Assembly: GCA_951406725.2 (NCBI GenBank)
Contig: OX597835.1
Coordinates: 47,492,001 to 47,556,000 of the forward strand
Length of the DNA: 64,000 nucleotides
DNA from: Octopus vulgaris
Taxonomy: Eukaryota
Reading direction: 5' to 3'
This document shows, in pieces, positions 14,028 to 29,592 of the stretch (position 1 is its first letter; every line of letters begins with the position of its first letter). A program made the position numbers and the translations under genes. Under the pieces are notes generated by a model. That model saw nothing but the letters and a program-made list of their open reading frames with translations, did no database searches and was not told the DNA's origin.

Positions 14028-14530
14028 TCTTTTATCTTTTACATGTTTCAGCAACCGGATGCGGCCATGCTGGGGCATCGTCCTCAAGGGTTAATCGAAC
14101 AAATTGGCCACCGGTGCTTAATATTTAAAATCTGTCGGTTACTTTTGATGAGCCGCTAAGTTATGGACGCGTTTACTAACCAAAACGGGTTGTCAAACGG
14201 TAGACATACACGCATACACACAGTCTCTTCCATACACTCACACACACATACACACTCTCTCTCACATACATTCACACACACATACACACACAGACGCACA
14301 CACACACACTCTCACACGCATACACACGCATACACACATACATACACACATACACGCATACACACACACACACTCACACACGCACTTCTTTCAATTTCTG
14401 TCTACCAAATCCACTCATGAGGCTTTGGTCAGTCCGGGGCTATAGCAGAAGACACTTGACCAAGATTCCATGCAGTGAGATTGAAACCGAATCCAAGCGG
14501 TTGGGAAGCAAGCTTCGTACCTCACAGTAG
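14028..14530 (-). mobile_element. SINE family 1 with expanded internal (CA)n
   Basis: Reverse complement of the tail (GCGGCCATGCTGGGGCA) and of the core (GAAGACACTTGACCAAG). Confidence 0.87.
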
Positions 14531-14631
14531 CACCATTGTCAATATATACAAAAACCCATTGTTTATCTTGTTTCATTAGTCTCTGATGTGTATAACAACA
14601 TTAAGAATGACAAACGGTATAACGGATATTC

Positions 14632-14799
14632 CGCCGTTACGCACTGTACCAGTTACGCACTATACCAGTTACGCACTGTACCAGTTACGCACTGTACCAG
14701 TTACGCACTGTACCAGTTACGCACTGGGGTCGATGTAATCGACTTAATACCTTTGTCTGTCCCCTCTATGTTTAGCCCCTTGTGGGTAATAACGAAATA
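14632..14799 (+). mobile_element. 5'-truncated SINE family 2 with a 16-bp tandem stutter and 16-bp TSD
   Basis: GTTACGCACT at 14636/52/68/84, 14700 and 14716; TSD GGTATAACGGATATTC at 14616-14631 and 14800-14815. Confidence 0.9.
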
Positions 14800-15202
14800 G
14801 GTATAACGGATATTCTAAACTCGTAAATGAAATGTTTTAAAAATCCGTGACGCATCGAGATGCCCTGCATAAAACACTTCGTCGCAGCATCACACCGCTT
14901 TTATTATTCTTAATCTTTTAGTCATGGCAAACTATATACACACATGTACACATATCTGTATGTAAAGAAATAGCAACGGATGGATAATGTGTCAATTCAC
15001 TACAGCTGTTTCCATCGAAATTTTTAATTTATTAATGGAGGCATTTTCATCAGATAAATACAAGAACCACAACATTTAAAAATCAACGGCATACTTCATC
15101 ACTCAACGAGCCTTGCCAGTGGTGCCCAACCATCTAAGTACCTGGTTCACTTGGCTTCCTAATCTTTTATGTGTGTGTGTATATATATATGCATATATGT
15201 GA

Positions 15203-15264
<62 letters not shown>

Positions 15265-15500
15265 ATTGCATATATATGCGGATGTCCGCTTGCATTGGAT
15301 GGTACCGTGGTGGTGATATTAACTTTATTGACTTTTTAAGAAATGACACATTTTAATATATTGAACTGTTTAATATATATGCCTGCATTGAGTGTGAGTG
15401 TGTCTGTTGTGGTTTCTTGATGTTGGTTGAGGAGCTGTGGCATTCAATATGGAACATTATTGTGTTTGTTGATGTATTTTGATCTATATTGTTTATATTG

Positions 15501-15549
<49 letters not shown>

Positions 15550-15551
<2 letters not shown>

Positions 15552-15884
15552 AATATGAGTATGTATGCACACATATTTATATTTATATGTACATTATTTA
15601 GGATTTGTACTCATACTTGCATTAAAATCTCTGAAGAGGCCGTAAGATATTCTTGTTAATGTCTCATTTATACCTGCATTATATGGCTAATAGGTTAAAT
15701 GAGACATACCTGTCTTCATGGCCGAAACAGCTGTCAGCTACAATGTAAATGTATTTCTATGTCTTGTTATATTTGTACTATATTAATGTATAATATCATT
15801 GCTATTGTGTAGTGTTTTAATAAAGTATTGATTCGGTATTATCTGATAGTTGATGATTGATTTAGATATATTTCTCCATTTTCT

Positions 15885-15890
<6 letters not shown>
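15550..15890 (+). mobile_element. TA-flanked hammerhead-bearing insert (family E)
   Basis: Unique ~340 bp between two (TA)n tracts, containing the hammerhead motif. Confidence 0.6.
15627..15739 (+). ncRNA. Putative hammerhead ribozyme with long stem II (family E)
   Basis: CTGAAGA GGCC...GGCC GAAAC AGCT GTC; palindromic stem III ACAGCTGT; stem II contains ATGTCTCATTTA/TAAATGAGACAT; stem I weak (CT/AG). Confidence 0.7.
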
Positions 15891-15930
<40 letters not shown>

Positions 15931-16216
15931 ATATATGTGCGTATATATATGTATTTATCTATCTATATATACACACACGCACACATACACACACATATAT
16001 ATAAAATATAAATTAGAGATAAAACCGCTATTATGCAACTCAAACAGTGATAGACATAAACCAAAACATAAAAATCAAATAATATATATTTTTATAAAAC
16101 ATATAATTAGATCTCAAAAAGTATAAAAATACTATATATATAATAAGTATATATATATATATATAAATATATACATATGTATATAAATATATACATATAT
16201 ATACATATATATATAA

Positions 16217-16277
<61 letters not shown>

Positions 16278-16299
16278 TACATATATATATATATATATA

Positions 16300-16440
16300 T
16301 ACTTGTTTCAATCATTAAACTGCAGCCATGTTAGGGCACCAACTTCAAGGGTTTTAGGGGAATAAATCGACGCCAGTAGTTATTTATTGTAAGCTTGGTA
16401 CTTTTTCTATCGGTCATTTTGGCCTAACCGCTAATTTACA
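16300..16440 (-). mobile_element. SINE family 1, 3' fragment
   Basis: ACTTGTTTCAATCATT..GCAGCCATGTTAGGGCACC is the reverse-complement tail. Confidence 0.78.
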
Positions 16441-16791
16441 TATGTTTTATATACATACATGCTTTTCTCGATGCACTGAGTGTTCGTTTCTTTTTTTCAT
16501 CTGTTATTTTTTAATTATTGATCTTCTGTATAAATGAAGATATTTCCTTCGTTTTGCTGCTTTTCTTTCAACGAAATGAGAAGATGCATTGCGGAACTGT
16601 TATTTTAACGAGTTGTGCCTTTTTATCACCCGATGAGACACAACTGCACCACTGGATACTCCTGAACCAGTTGTTGATTGTCCCACTCGTCAGGGATCGA
16701 TGCTAGATGCGTCGAAACAATTGTTGTGGTCAATAATAAAAATTCTTGTATATTCCATCTTCCGTCTTTCATTTACCATAAATATATATAC

Positions 16792-17090
<299 letters not shown>

Positions 17091-18244
17091 CACGCACCTC
17101 TCTATATACATAAGCATGGACACAAACATTAATTTCGGTGTGAAATGAAGTCCGTATGAGATGAGGGAACTGTGATTTGCTAACAACGCAGCCATTAGCT
17201 TCGATTCTCATCCCAAGTTCTCGAGCAATCCCTGGTGGGCGAGACTTTTATAGCGAGACTAAATACATATTGATAGAACTCCTTATATTTATTTAAAATT
17301 TAAACAGTAAGAGTTTCCCACACTTCTAATGCAGTCACATATCCTTTTCCTCTCTCTCACCCACCCATCCTTTCCTCAGTAGGGGTTGGCATGTTGTGTC
17401 GCAGTTACAAGAAACTTGTCCCTTATGTATATCAATATGTCTTAGTGTGTGTGATAATATATGTGGCTGTGTGTGTATATGCATGAACGTGTGTGTATGT
17501 GTTTGTGTGTGTATGTACACGTACACTAACACACATACACACATACGCACACATGCACACACACACATATATGACGCGTGTGTATTTGTATGTGTGTATG
17601 CACGTATGAATGTATGTTTGCATACGCGTACATATACATCAATCATTTATATGTGTGTGTGTTTGTGTGTATATATATATATGATTGATGTATATGTGCA
17701 TGCCCGTGCATATATATATATATGTGTGTGTGTGTGTGGTGTGTGTGTGTAAAATAGATTTCGAATGCTACAAGAACATACGACCATACACACACATAGT
17801 TATATGTATAAACACAATGAAATTACACCCGCAAATACATACACACAGAGAATACTTGATTGAGAACAGGTGACAATATTCAAATAGCATGGCTTTGAGA
17901 AGTCCCTCATTTTTATAGTTCGTGTGTGTGTATGTGTGTGTGTGTGTGTGGAATAATGCAAGCTAAAAAGGGCAAGAATTAATCAGTATATAATTGTATA
18001 TGTATATGTGTGAGTATGGTTATGTATGTGTGTATGTACGTATGTATGTGTGCACGCGCACGTGTATGTATTTGTACCTTTGCATGAACGCATTTATGCC
18101 TGTAAATATCTAAATGCATATGTATGCTTTTGAATATAAGTAAATGTATACGTGTGTGTGTGTATAAATATATATATATGTTTTGATAGACAGACCGATT
18201 GATGTGTATATACATATATACATGCATACGTACGTGTTTATATA

Positions 18245-18291
<47 letters not shown>

Positions 18292-18395
18292 TTACATAGA
18301 TACACTCTCCCTCCCTCTCTCTCTCTCTCACACACACACAAGCGTACACATCGCGGAATCTATCTCTCTTTTCTCTACGTGTGAGAATCGAAGAT

Positions 18396-18461
18396 CTACT
18401 ACTACTACTACTACTTCGACAACGACGACGACGACCACCACCACCACCACCACTACTACTA

Positions 18462-18543
<82 letters not shown>
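18396..18543. repeat. (CTA)n/(CCA)n microsatellite
   Basis: Direct reading. Confidence 0.95.
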
Positions 18544-18697
18544 ATAAAACCGGAGAATGCGTTCAGGAGAGCATTTGCTTTTGGTGGTAAAGGTGATCCG
18601 GCATCCGTATTGTTTGTCCGATTGCTGTTTCGCCACGGGAAATGGTTCGTTTGGCTGGATGTGTCATGTGGTTTCTTTTCTATTCTCTTGGTCATCA

Positions 18698-18761
18698 TGT
18701 TTCCCAGCCACGTGGTTTCCGATTCCTGTTCCACTGCGTGCCACCTTGGTCAAATGTCTGC
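18698..18761 (+). mobile_element. SINE family 1 fragment cut at the mariner boundary
   Basis: CCACTGCGTGCCACCTTGGTCAAATGTC matches the core. Confidence 0.7.
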
Positions 18762-18763
18762 TA

Positions 18764-20050
18764 TTGGGTTGGCAACTAAGTTCCCGTCGTTTTTTTTAAA
18801 TTAAAATTTTTTTAAAAGGTTTAATATAAAAAACAACAACTAATTAATCAATAATGTAGTCACCCTTGTTGTTTAAAACTTCTCAACGTTCAACAAGATT
18901 TTCAGTACCTCATTGGTAGAAATGACCCAAGTCTGACTCGAAAAATTGATTCAACCAAGCTCTCAATTCTGCATCAGTATTGAGCGAAACTCCGCGCATA
19001 GCATCTGAAAGAGATCGAAACAGGTGGAAATCCGTTGGTGCCAAATCAGGAAAGTAAGGCGGGTGTGGCAGCACTTCCCAGCCATGCGTTTGAATGGCTT
19101 CCTTGGTCATACTGGCGATATGATGGCGGGCGTTGTCGTGCAGCAGAAGAACTCCATGCTGACGATTAGGTCTTTTCTCTTGAATAGCCGTGTTGAGTCG
19201 TTCCATCTGTTGAGTTCCGCGTTGACCGGTTGGTTCCGTTCAAGCAATTCGTAATGGATAATCCCTTCCAAGTCCCACCATACGCACAACATCGTTTTAC
19301 GCACAACATCTTGTTTAATGCGCAGTGTCGCTTTTTAACCATCCCTCATGCTTCTTCAAATTGATGTACAGGCACCATTTTTAGTCGCCAGTAACGATGC
19401 GGTAAAGAAATCGTTGCTTGTGTCCATGAGTTGAGCGGTGACGAGCAAGCAAACCAGCGGAGATTGTGGCTCATTGATTTTTGTTGTTGTTGTCACTTAA
19501 AGCATGCGGAACCTATGCTCCATACTTCTGAATCTTTCCCATCGATTGAAGTTGCTTCTCTATAGCAGTGTGGAAGCATTCTATTTTCTCCGCCAGTTTC
19601 CTTGTCGTTTGACGAGAATTTTCGTGTAAAAGTTGGTTTAATCGCTCTTCATCGAACTGAACTGGACGGTCAGAACGAGGTGCGTCTTTGAGGTCAAAAT
19701 TTCTATTTTTGAACTTGGCATACCAATCACGAGCGGTTCTTTCAGCTATGGCATCCTCTCCATACACAGCACAAATATCACGAGCAGCTTTTGCGGTCTT
19801 AGAATCTCGATTAAATGCAAAAAGGAGGTGTCGAAAATGCTCGTTTTTCTTAACTTGACATTCCATTTTAATGATCTGAAAATAAACAAAAATTAACTAA
19901 AATTAACTAGAAAAAAATAAATAAAAAACAAAATAGATTCTAAAATGATTCAAAAACTGAATTTTCGAAAAAGATAAATTTCAGAATTTAAAAACGCAAT
20001 AAATTCCAAAATTAAAAAAAAAAACGGCAGGAACTTAGTTGCCGGCCCAA
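18764..20050 (-). mobile_element. Full-length mariner (Tc1/mariner, DD34D) DNA transposon
   Basis: TIRs TTGGGTTGGCAACTAAGTTCC / GGAACTTAGTTGCCGGCCCAA, TA on both sides, ~1287 bp. Confidence 0.96.
18860..19866 (-). pseudogene. Disrupted mariner transposase
   Basis: N-terminal HTH (AARDICAVYGEDA..WYAKFK), stop at the WVPHEL-like position, RIVTGD, KTMLCVWWD, LLHDNA, HPPYFPDLAPTDFHLF split over three ORFs. Confidence 0.95.
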
Positions 20051-21505
20051 TACAATTACAATTCAAGAAGCCAAACTAATTAAAAGTGATGAAAACTTCA
20101 ACGGGAATTATAAAAACAATATAAACAAGAGTAAAAACATAAAAAAAAACAACAACTGCAAACAATCTTTAGAGTTGATGGTTAAAGGATTTAATCAAGA
20201 AAAGGTTTCGAAGATATATGTCAGAAAAACAAAGAAAAAAATCAGTCTCTTTTCTCGAGAAATTCAACGGAAAAAGGACAAGAAGGAAATTGATATGTGA
20301 CTGTTAAAAAAAGAAAATACCGAAAGGGGTTTCTATGTCTTCAAGAAGGGAGTTATTGAGTGCTTTTGCCGGTATGTAGGGAAATGTGTTTCCTTGACAG
20401 GAGCAGGACATATTTAAGCGTGTGCCCGATATCTAAAATTGATCAGGCAAGAATTCAGACAGAGGTTGTGAGTCACGTGCTAGCCTAATGGATGGTAGTC
20501 AAGTACATGAGGCTGAGAAACACAAGATCCATGTTCAGAAAAGTTGATGCCAGCATGGAATTTGCTCGCTTCTCTTTGTCTGTCTGCTTTTCTGTTTCTT
20601 TTTCTTTCTTCTTTTCATTCTGCTTCTATTATTCTCTTCATCATTCACTTACTCTTATCATATTATTTCTCTAATTCACCTTCTTTATTGTATTGCTTTA
20701 TTTCTCTTTCACAGTTCCTTTCTTAATCACTCTGCCCTTTTATCTTACTTCTTTTTAGCCATCCCTCCCAATTACACTGTCTGCTCGCATGACTTCTTTA
20801 CTCACAAGCAGTAGACTCTAACCCTGTCAATATGCCAATATTTATTCATCTAACTAATCTATCATCATTTATACTAATTTCATTCCCTCTGTCTTACCTC
20901 TCCCAACAAAACTTACAGTTTCCCAGTCAAAGGTGAAATAAAAAGGAAAACGAATAAAACAAAACCTCGTTAAGTCGCTTAGCGTTCTTTATATTAAAAT
21001 TCGTATTTGCAGTTATAGCTATCGGTCTGGTTAGTTACCCCGTTACTTACCTCGTGTTAAAGTAGATTAGCAGAGCTGAACTGCGGTCAAAGAACATCAT
21101 GGTCAAAGAACTCCATCATCAAAAACTCCATGGCATCTTGCTTTTATAGGTGTATCTAGGTCTATATGGTTCAAAGTGTATGTTGTTGTTGCTGAGACCC
21201 AAAGCAAACCTGAATGAGTTGCCCTACGACCAAAGCAATTCACGCGTTTCCATCCTATATGCTTTTAAAGTATTTAAGATTACATGACCCAATTCGTACT
21301 TTCCTCATAAAAATAATAATATTTAATGTAAAGGAGATTTGGCTTCTGTTTCTAGCAAATACAGCGCATGCTTTGTTTTACAGTGTATGTCTAAATGCGT
21401 ACAACAAAACGTTTACATCGACACATGTAAAGTAGGGACGCAATCTGAGCATAAACAAGACAGAAAATCTTGTATACAATCGAATAAATCAAAATAGGCA
21501 TGAGA

Positions 21506-21772
21506 GTGTAGGCGTGGCTGAATGGTAAGGACTTTGCTTCCCAACCACAGTGCTCCAGGTTCGGTCCCTTAGACCCATTGCGTGACACCTAGGGCAAATG
21601 TCTTTTACTATTGCCTTAGGCCGACCAAAGCGTTGAAAGTGGATTTGGTAGACGAAAACTGAAAGAAGTCTGTTGTATACACCCGCCACATACAAACACA
21701 CACACACACGATTTGTTCTTCGAGGCGGTGCCCCAGCATTGCCGCGATCTAACGACTGAAACCAGAAAAAAA
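21506..21772 (+). mobile_element. SINE family 1, internally deleted
   Basis: Head, ACCTAGGGCAAATGTC core, GGCGGTGCCCCAGCAT tail. Confidence 0.85.
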
Positions 21773-21807
21773 GATGATACATGTATACATAGATACATAC
21801 ATACATG

Positions 21808-21862
<55 letters not shown>

Positions 21863-22170
21863 ATATATATATATATATGTGTGTGTGTGTATGTGTATAT
21901 ATATATACATATATATATACATACATAGATATATATATATATACACATACATACATATAATATAGACACATATATACATAAAATATATATATATGCATAG
22001 ATGCATACGCATATATAGATGTAAGTATACGTATATGTATGTATAAATGCATATGTATATACACATGATATATATATATATACATATACGTATACATACA
22101 TATATATATGTGGTTTTGTATGTATATATATATGTATATTATATTTTATATATGTGTAGATGTGTATATA

Positions 22171-22239
<69 letters not shown>

Positions 22240-22332
22240 ATACATATATGAAGACGGTACTCCAGATGGCCTTAGTCATGTTGGCTGAAGCGAACTGTTT
22301 GTACTTATACACGATCTCTCAGGACACGCAGA

Positions 22333-22389
<57 letters not shown>

Positions 22390-22879
22390 GTCTTACATGT
22401 ATACACGATCTATCTATTACATTAAAGCAAAGGCGCATATATACGCTGATGTATATATGCATATAAATGCGTATATACATGCAAGGAAGCACGAACAAAA
22501 AACCACCACAACAAAAAACAAAAACAAAAACAAAAACAGCAACAGAAACTGAACTAAAGCAAGCAAAAACATAAACAAACATGCATTCATTTGTTTCGCG
22601 GCCATTGTGTTTTGCTTTTTGTTTTTTAGAGCAACTTATTGTTTTTTTTTTGCTTTTTGTTTTTTAGAGCAACTTATCTTTAACTTGGAACAATTAGATA
22701 AAGATGTCCACTAAAATGACATTAGATTGGGAAAGAGGAACAAAACAACAACAACAGCAACAACACAAGTAACATCATCAACAGCAACAACACCAACAAC
22801 AATAGTAATAAAACACGCTGAAACAAAGTGAAAACCAGTCGCAATGCAATGCGAACGTATACAATGTATTAGAGTACAA

Positions 22880-24690
<1,811 letters not shown>

Positions 24691-25016
24691 ATGATGATAA
24701 CAACAAACAAGAGAAACAATTGTATATAAGTGTAAGCAAGCGAGCAAACGAAGGAAGGATGGAAGGCTGAGGCGAGCAGGCATGCGAATATTGAGTGTTT
24801 TGTGACTAAAGCAATTTAGACTCTCTATTAAACAGACGATAGAATTCACATAAAACTGTCCTTCACAATTTTCTCCCGAAACATTTACACAAACAACAGC
24901 CATGGTTTTTAGTTCCACAGAAGTGATTTGCCGTTAATTTGCTTTCATATTTCCCCTTTTTTTTTTTTTTTTTTTCCTTTTTCTTATTTCTTTCTGTTTT
25001 TATTTTATTTTTTCAG

Positions 25017-25132
25017 GTGACTTGCTATTTGATTATGGACGAAGCAAGCAAGCCATCATCATTACCGGCTCAATTGCGTCTGCTGTACTTTATATATATT
25101 GTGGGTTAAAACAGCGCCCCGGCTTTGTGGTC
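25017..25132 (+). other. Candidate internal exon (116 nt)
   Basis: ~60-nt polypyrimidine tract + TTTCAG acceptor, GTAAGA donor, one open frame (G)DLLFDYGRSKQAIIITGSIASAVLYIYCGLKQRPGFVV. Confidence 0.3.
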
Positions 25133-25630
25133 GTAAGAGGAGAAGGAGGAGGAGGGGAATGGGGAGGAAGGGGAGGAGGGAAAAGGAGAGGCAATGAGTA
25201 GAGAGGGGTAAAAGTCGGGTGGGAAGGAACTAACGAGCAGCTGATGGTCGACGATGCAATAATGGTGGAGGGGGTTGGCGGGAGGGAGGCCGAGAAGAAT
25301 ACGAGAGACGGTGTCTGCGTTGCAGTTGTTGTTTTTGCTGTTGTTGCTGTTGTTGTTTCTGCATGGTTGGGGTGTAAGTGTTGGTGGTGACGGTGGTGCT
25401 TGTGTTTGCAGTGGTTCTGGTGGTGGTGGTGGTGGTGGTGGTTATGGCGGCTGTGACGATAATGGGGATGGCGGCGGCAGTGGTGGTGGTTGCTGGTTGA
25501 AGTGGTGGAGATGTCGGTGAAAGTGAAGGTGATGGAGGCGTTATTGGCGGTGGTGATGGTGGCGATAGTGGTAATGGTAGTGGTGGTGGTGGTAGTGGGT
25601 AATGGGGATGGTGGGAGCATTGGAGACTGA

Positions 25631-25866
25631 CGTGGTGGTTGTACTTTAGCCTCAGATCAGCACCGACCAAACCGATCAAAGATATTCCATCCGTGACCAT
25701 TGCATCTTTTTCTTTCTGTTTGTGCAGGAAGCCAAGATGGCATCATCCGATGTGACCTTTTCTAAGACAGACAGTGGTGCGTCATTTCAAGCAGATTTGG
25801 TTACTATTTTTAGCAGGTCTGCTGACCACATAGACGGCCTCTTTGTTTTCTGGTTCTGGTTCAGCT
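25631..25866 (-). mobile_element. Family 4 SINE-like element with putative HDV-like ribozyme head
   Basis: Head homologous to 3470, 21330, 32115 and 40740; body homologous to 32019 and 63880; CAA/CAC-like tail. Confidence 0.65.
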
Positions 25867-26277
25867 GGTGTCGAGGCTGCGACGGGGACAACGGTTTGTG
25901 AGGGGCACCACGATGGGGATTTCGTCTGCAGCTACGGAGAGTTGGTGAGCTGAGGCAGAGTGGAAGGTAAACAACAACAACAGCAGCAGCAGCTTTATCA
26001 CTATAACAATGGACCACCACCAACGTCGCCGCCGCCACCACCATCTCAATACTAAGTAGCAACAACTTTAGGAGCAATGTCAGATATCAAAAATTATATA
26101 TACATATGTGTGTGTGTGTGCATATATTTGTGTGTGAGTGTATCTATATGTTGGTGTGTATATGTATATGTGTGTGAGTGTTATATAGCTATCAAAAATA
26201 CTATATCTACATTTGCGCGTACATATATAAAGATATAAGCATATACATACATGCATACATACATATATATATATATA

Positions 26278-26690
26278 CGATAGACGTACACATATACTAT
26301 ATACTACACATATACATACATACATACATACTTACGTACATGCATACATACATATATATACTATAGACATACACATATACTATATACTACACATATACAT
26401 ACATACATAGATACATACTTACATACATGCATACATACATATATATACTATAGACATACACATATACTATATACTACACATATACATACATACATACATA
26501 CTTACATACATGCATACATACATATATATTCTATAGACATACACATATACTATATACTACACATATACATACATACATACATACTTACATACATGCATAC
26601 ATACATATATATACTATAGACATACACATATACTATATACTACACATATACATACATACATACATACTTACATACATACTTACATACATA
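26278..26690. repeat. ~83-bp minisatellite, about 5 copies
   Basis: Anchor C(T/G)ATAGAC at 26278, 26361, 26448, 26531 and 26614. Confidence 0.9.
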
Positions 26691-27222
26691 CATACTTACA
26701 TACATACATACTTACATACATACATACATATTTATATATATATATATATGTATATAGACATACTTAGATATAAATATATGATTGGTTAATGTTTGTCAGT
26801 TGAAAGTGATTAGAAGCGCCATTGTGGACGAAGTGAGTCACAATTTTGTCATGTTCTTACAGCCATTGTCAAACACCTTAATTCACTATACACACAAACA
26901 GATACATACATACATGCATGCATACGTACATACATACATGCATAGAGGCAGACTAGCAAATGGGTGATACATATATATATATATATATATACACATATAC
27001 GCAATCATAAAAGCATAGATAAATATATACATACAGACGAGCGTACATATAGATATATACATATACTTCGATATCTTTACATTCAGTGATACACAGCACA
27101 CATTCGTACTCGCGCGCACGCGCGCACACACTTTCATACTCATATAAGCATAATGGAAATTATATATATATATGTATGTATGTATATGCATATGTAAGTG
27201 TATATGTATATATATATGTATG

Positions 27223-27479
<257 letters not shown>

Positions 27480-27944
27480 CGCACATGTATGACTCTTAAT
27501 GACACTCTATCCTTTATTTCGGTTCCAGCTTGTGCTAAAACGTTGGTTGCTTTATTCAAACCTGCTTTCTTTGTTTTATTGACTTTTCTATTCATTTGGA
27601 ATTCCTGGTGGCCATATAAACGTTATTGAGGTAATTTCAGCTTGATGATTAGTTACGCTGTGGAGTTCGTGGCGTAATACTTATGTAAATAGCTTCATTC
27701 AGCTAAGAAACATATGTAGCTTACATATTACCTGTTCTACTGTTCTACACTTATAAATTCTGTATATGTTACACATATATACGTATATTTAAGTATATGT
27801 ATATGTACATACATGCATATATATATATGTATATATATATATATGTATATATATATATACGAATGTATATATATACACATGTATATAAATATATATATAT
27901 GTATATATATGTATATACACATGTATATAAATATATATATATTC

Positions 27945-28011
<67 letters not shown>

Positions 28012-28264
28012 ATATGCATATATATATGTATGCATATCTAGATCTATCTATCCGTGCGTGCTTGCATGTATGTGTATATATGTGTGCGTTCGTGTGTATG
28101 TTTGTATGAGCACGTGCCAGTCTGTTTTTGCATCTACATTTAACGTTGTAATCGCACAAGGAGATGTAGGGAGATATCGAAAGAGGGAATTATAGAGAAA
28201 GACAACTAGGTAAAAAAAATGAGAGAGAGAGAGGGAGACAGAAAGGGAGAGAGAAAGGGAGAGA

Positions 28265-28312
<48 letters not shown>

Positions 28313-29373
28313 GAGAGAGAGAGAAAGGAGCAAAAACAGAGATAGAGGAGAGTGACGCATACACCAAGATTTATCAAACCAACGCCGTCGCGTGCAAACC
28401 TGAATATCATCAGAAACGAGTCTGCAGGTATGTGGCTAAAATGATGAGAATCTAAATAAAGAATTGGAAAATAGATTCACTAATCCTGCAAATTAATGAG
28501 AAAAAAACATAAATGGATATGTGCGAGTAGGTTCCACCTCTATTGACACCCATTCTCTTTTTTAAGTAATGAAACCACAATAAATTTCTTATAAAAGAAT
28601 TTTGGAAAACCAACAGCGAATGAAAGCATTACGTTTAGATCCCATTGGATTTGATGCTGGGAAAAAATATATTGTTTCAAAGACAAAGAAACGATTCGGG
28701 AATCGAAATAGAACTCAGCCGATGAGGAAATAGGTAATGAAAACCCAACTATCGAACACAGTCAACACACAAAAACTCTGAGAAGGAAAATCACCAAGGT
28801 GGTCTTAGTCTATGAGAAACTAAATCGCAAAATATAATAACGAATATTTCGTCGCCCTTATTAGATTTATTGAAGCACCACTTCTCTGTCCACCAACACA
28901 TATCTTTCCAAAAGGAAAATATGGTGAGTGTTTGGTCGAAGAAGACTGTGTCTGTCCTTATTCTTTGTAATCTTGACCACTACAGGATCTCTCTCCCGCA
29001 TAGCTATCAGAAAGTGGACAATTGCCTGCTCTTACTGGATAATAGGCAGCGATGGATCGATCATGGCGATGATTTCGGCTGATAGCCAGATCGTGTTATT
29101 TGCAAGAACAGTTATTGAATATTACTCAACAAGTCAGCAACGCAGGGGTTCTGAACGATGTGGGTGCTTAATACATCCATTGTTCTGTGTTCATATCAAG
29201 GAGGTCTTGCAAACGGTTCTAATGGACCTGTAGAATTCCAAACCGGTAGTATTCCCCGGTCAGAAATTTTTGAAAGTAAATCAGTCTCCTGCCTGATATT
29301 CCCTCGAAATTGAGTGTTCAAACCACAGATTGCCTTGACTTGACTGTAGAGAACTGTGAATGCATAGCAATAT

Positions 29374-29592
29374 GCGGTGAGCTGGCAGAAACCTTAGCAC
29401 AGCGGGCAAAATGCTTAGCGACATTTCGTCTGTTTTGATGTTCTGAGTTCAAATACCACCAAAGTCGACTTCATCATTCATCCTTTCGAAGTCAGTAGAA
29501 TAAGTACCAATTGAATACTGGTGGTCGATATAATCGACTTAACTCCTCCACTGAAATTACGATTCTTATGTCAAACATTTGAAAACAATATT
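29374..29592 (+). mobile_element. SINE family 2
   Basis: GCGGTGAGCTGGCAGAA head, GAGTTCAAAT, GTCGACTTCATCATTCATCC. Confidence 0.87.

Noticed and set aside
14636-14725. Regular short repeats resembling a CRISPR array
   Set aside because: Units are contiguous with no spacers, derive from a SINE, and the context is eukaryotic with no cas genes
14995-15057. Minus-strand CTGATGA...GAAACAGCTGTA
   Set aside because: Stem II does not close the core; kept only as a weak decayed candidate and not listed as a feature
25090-25700. Pro/Thr/His-rich ORFs
   Set aside because: Low-complexity GGT/GGA/GTT repeats that run into a family 4 element
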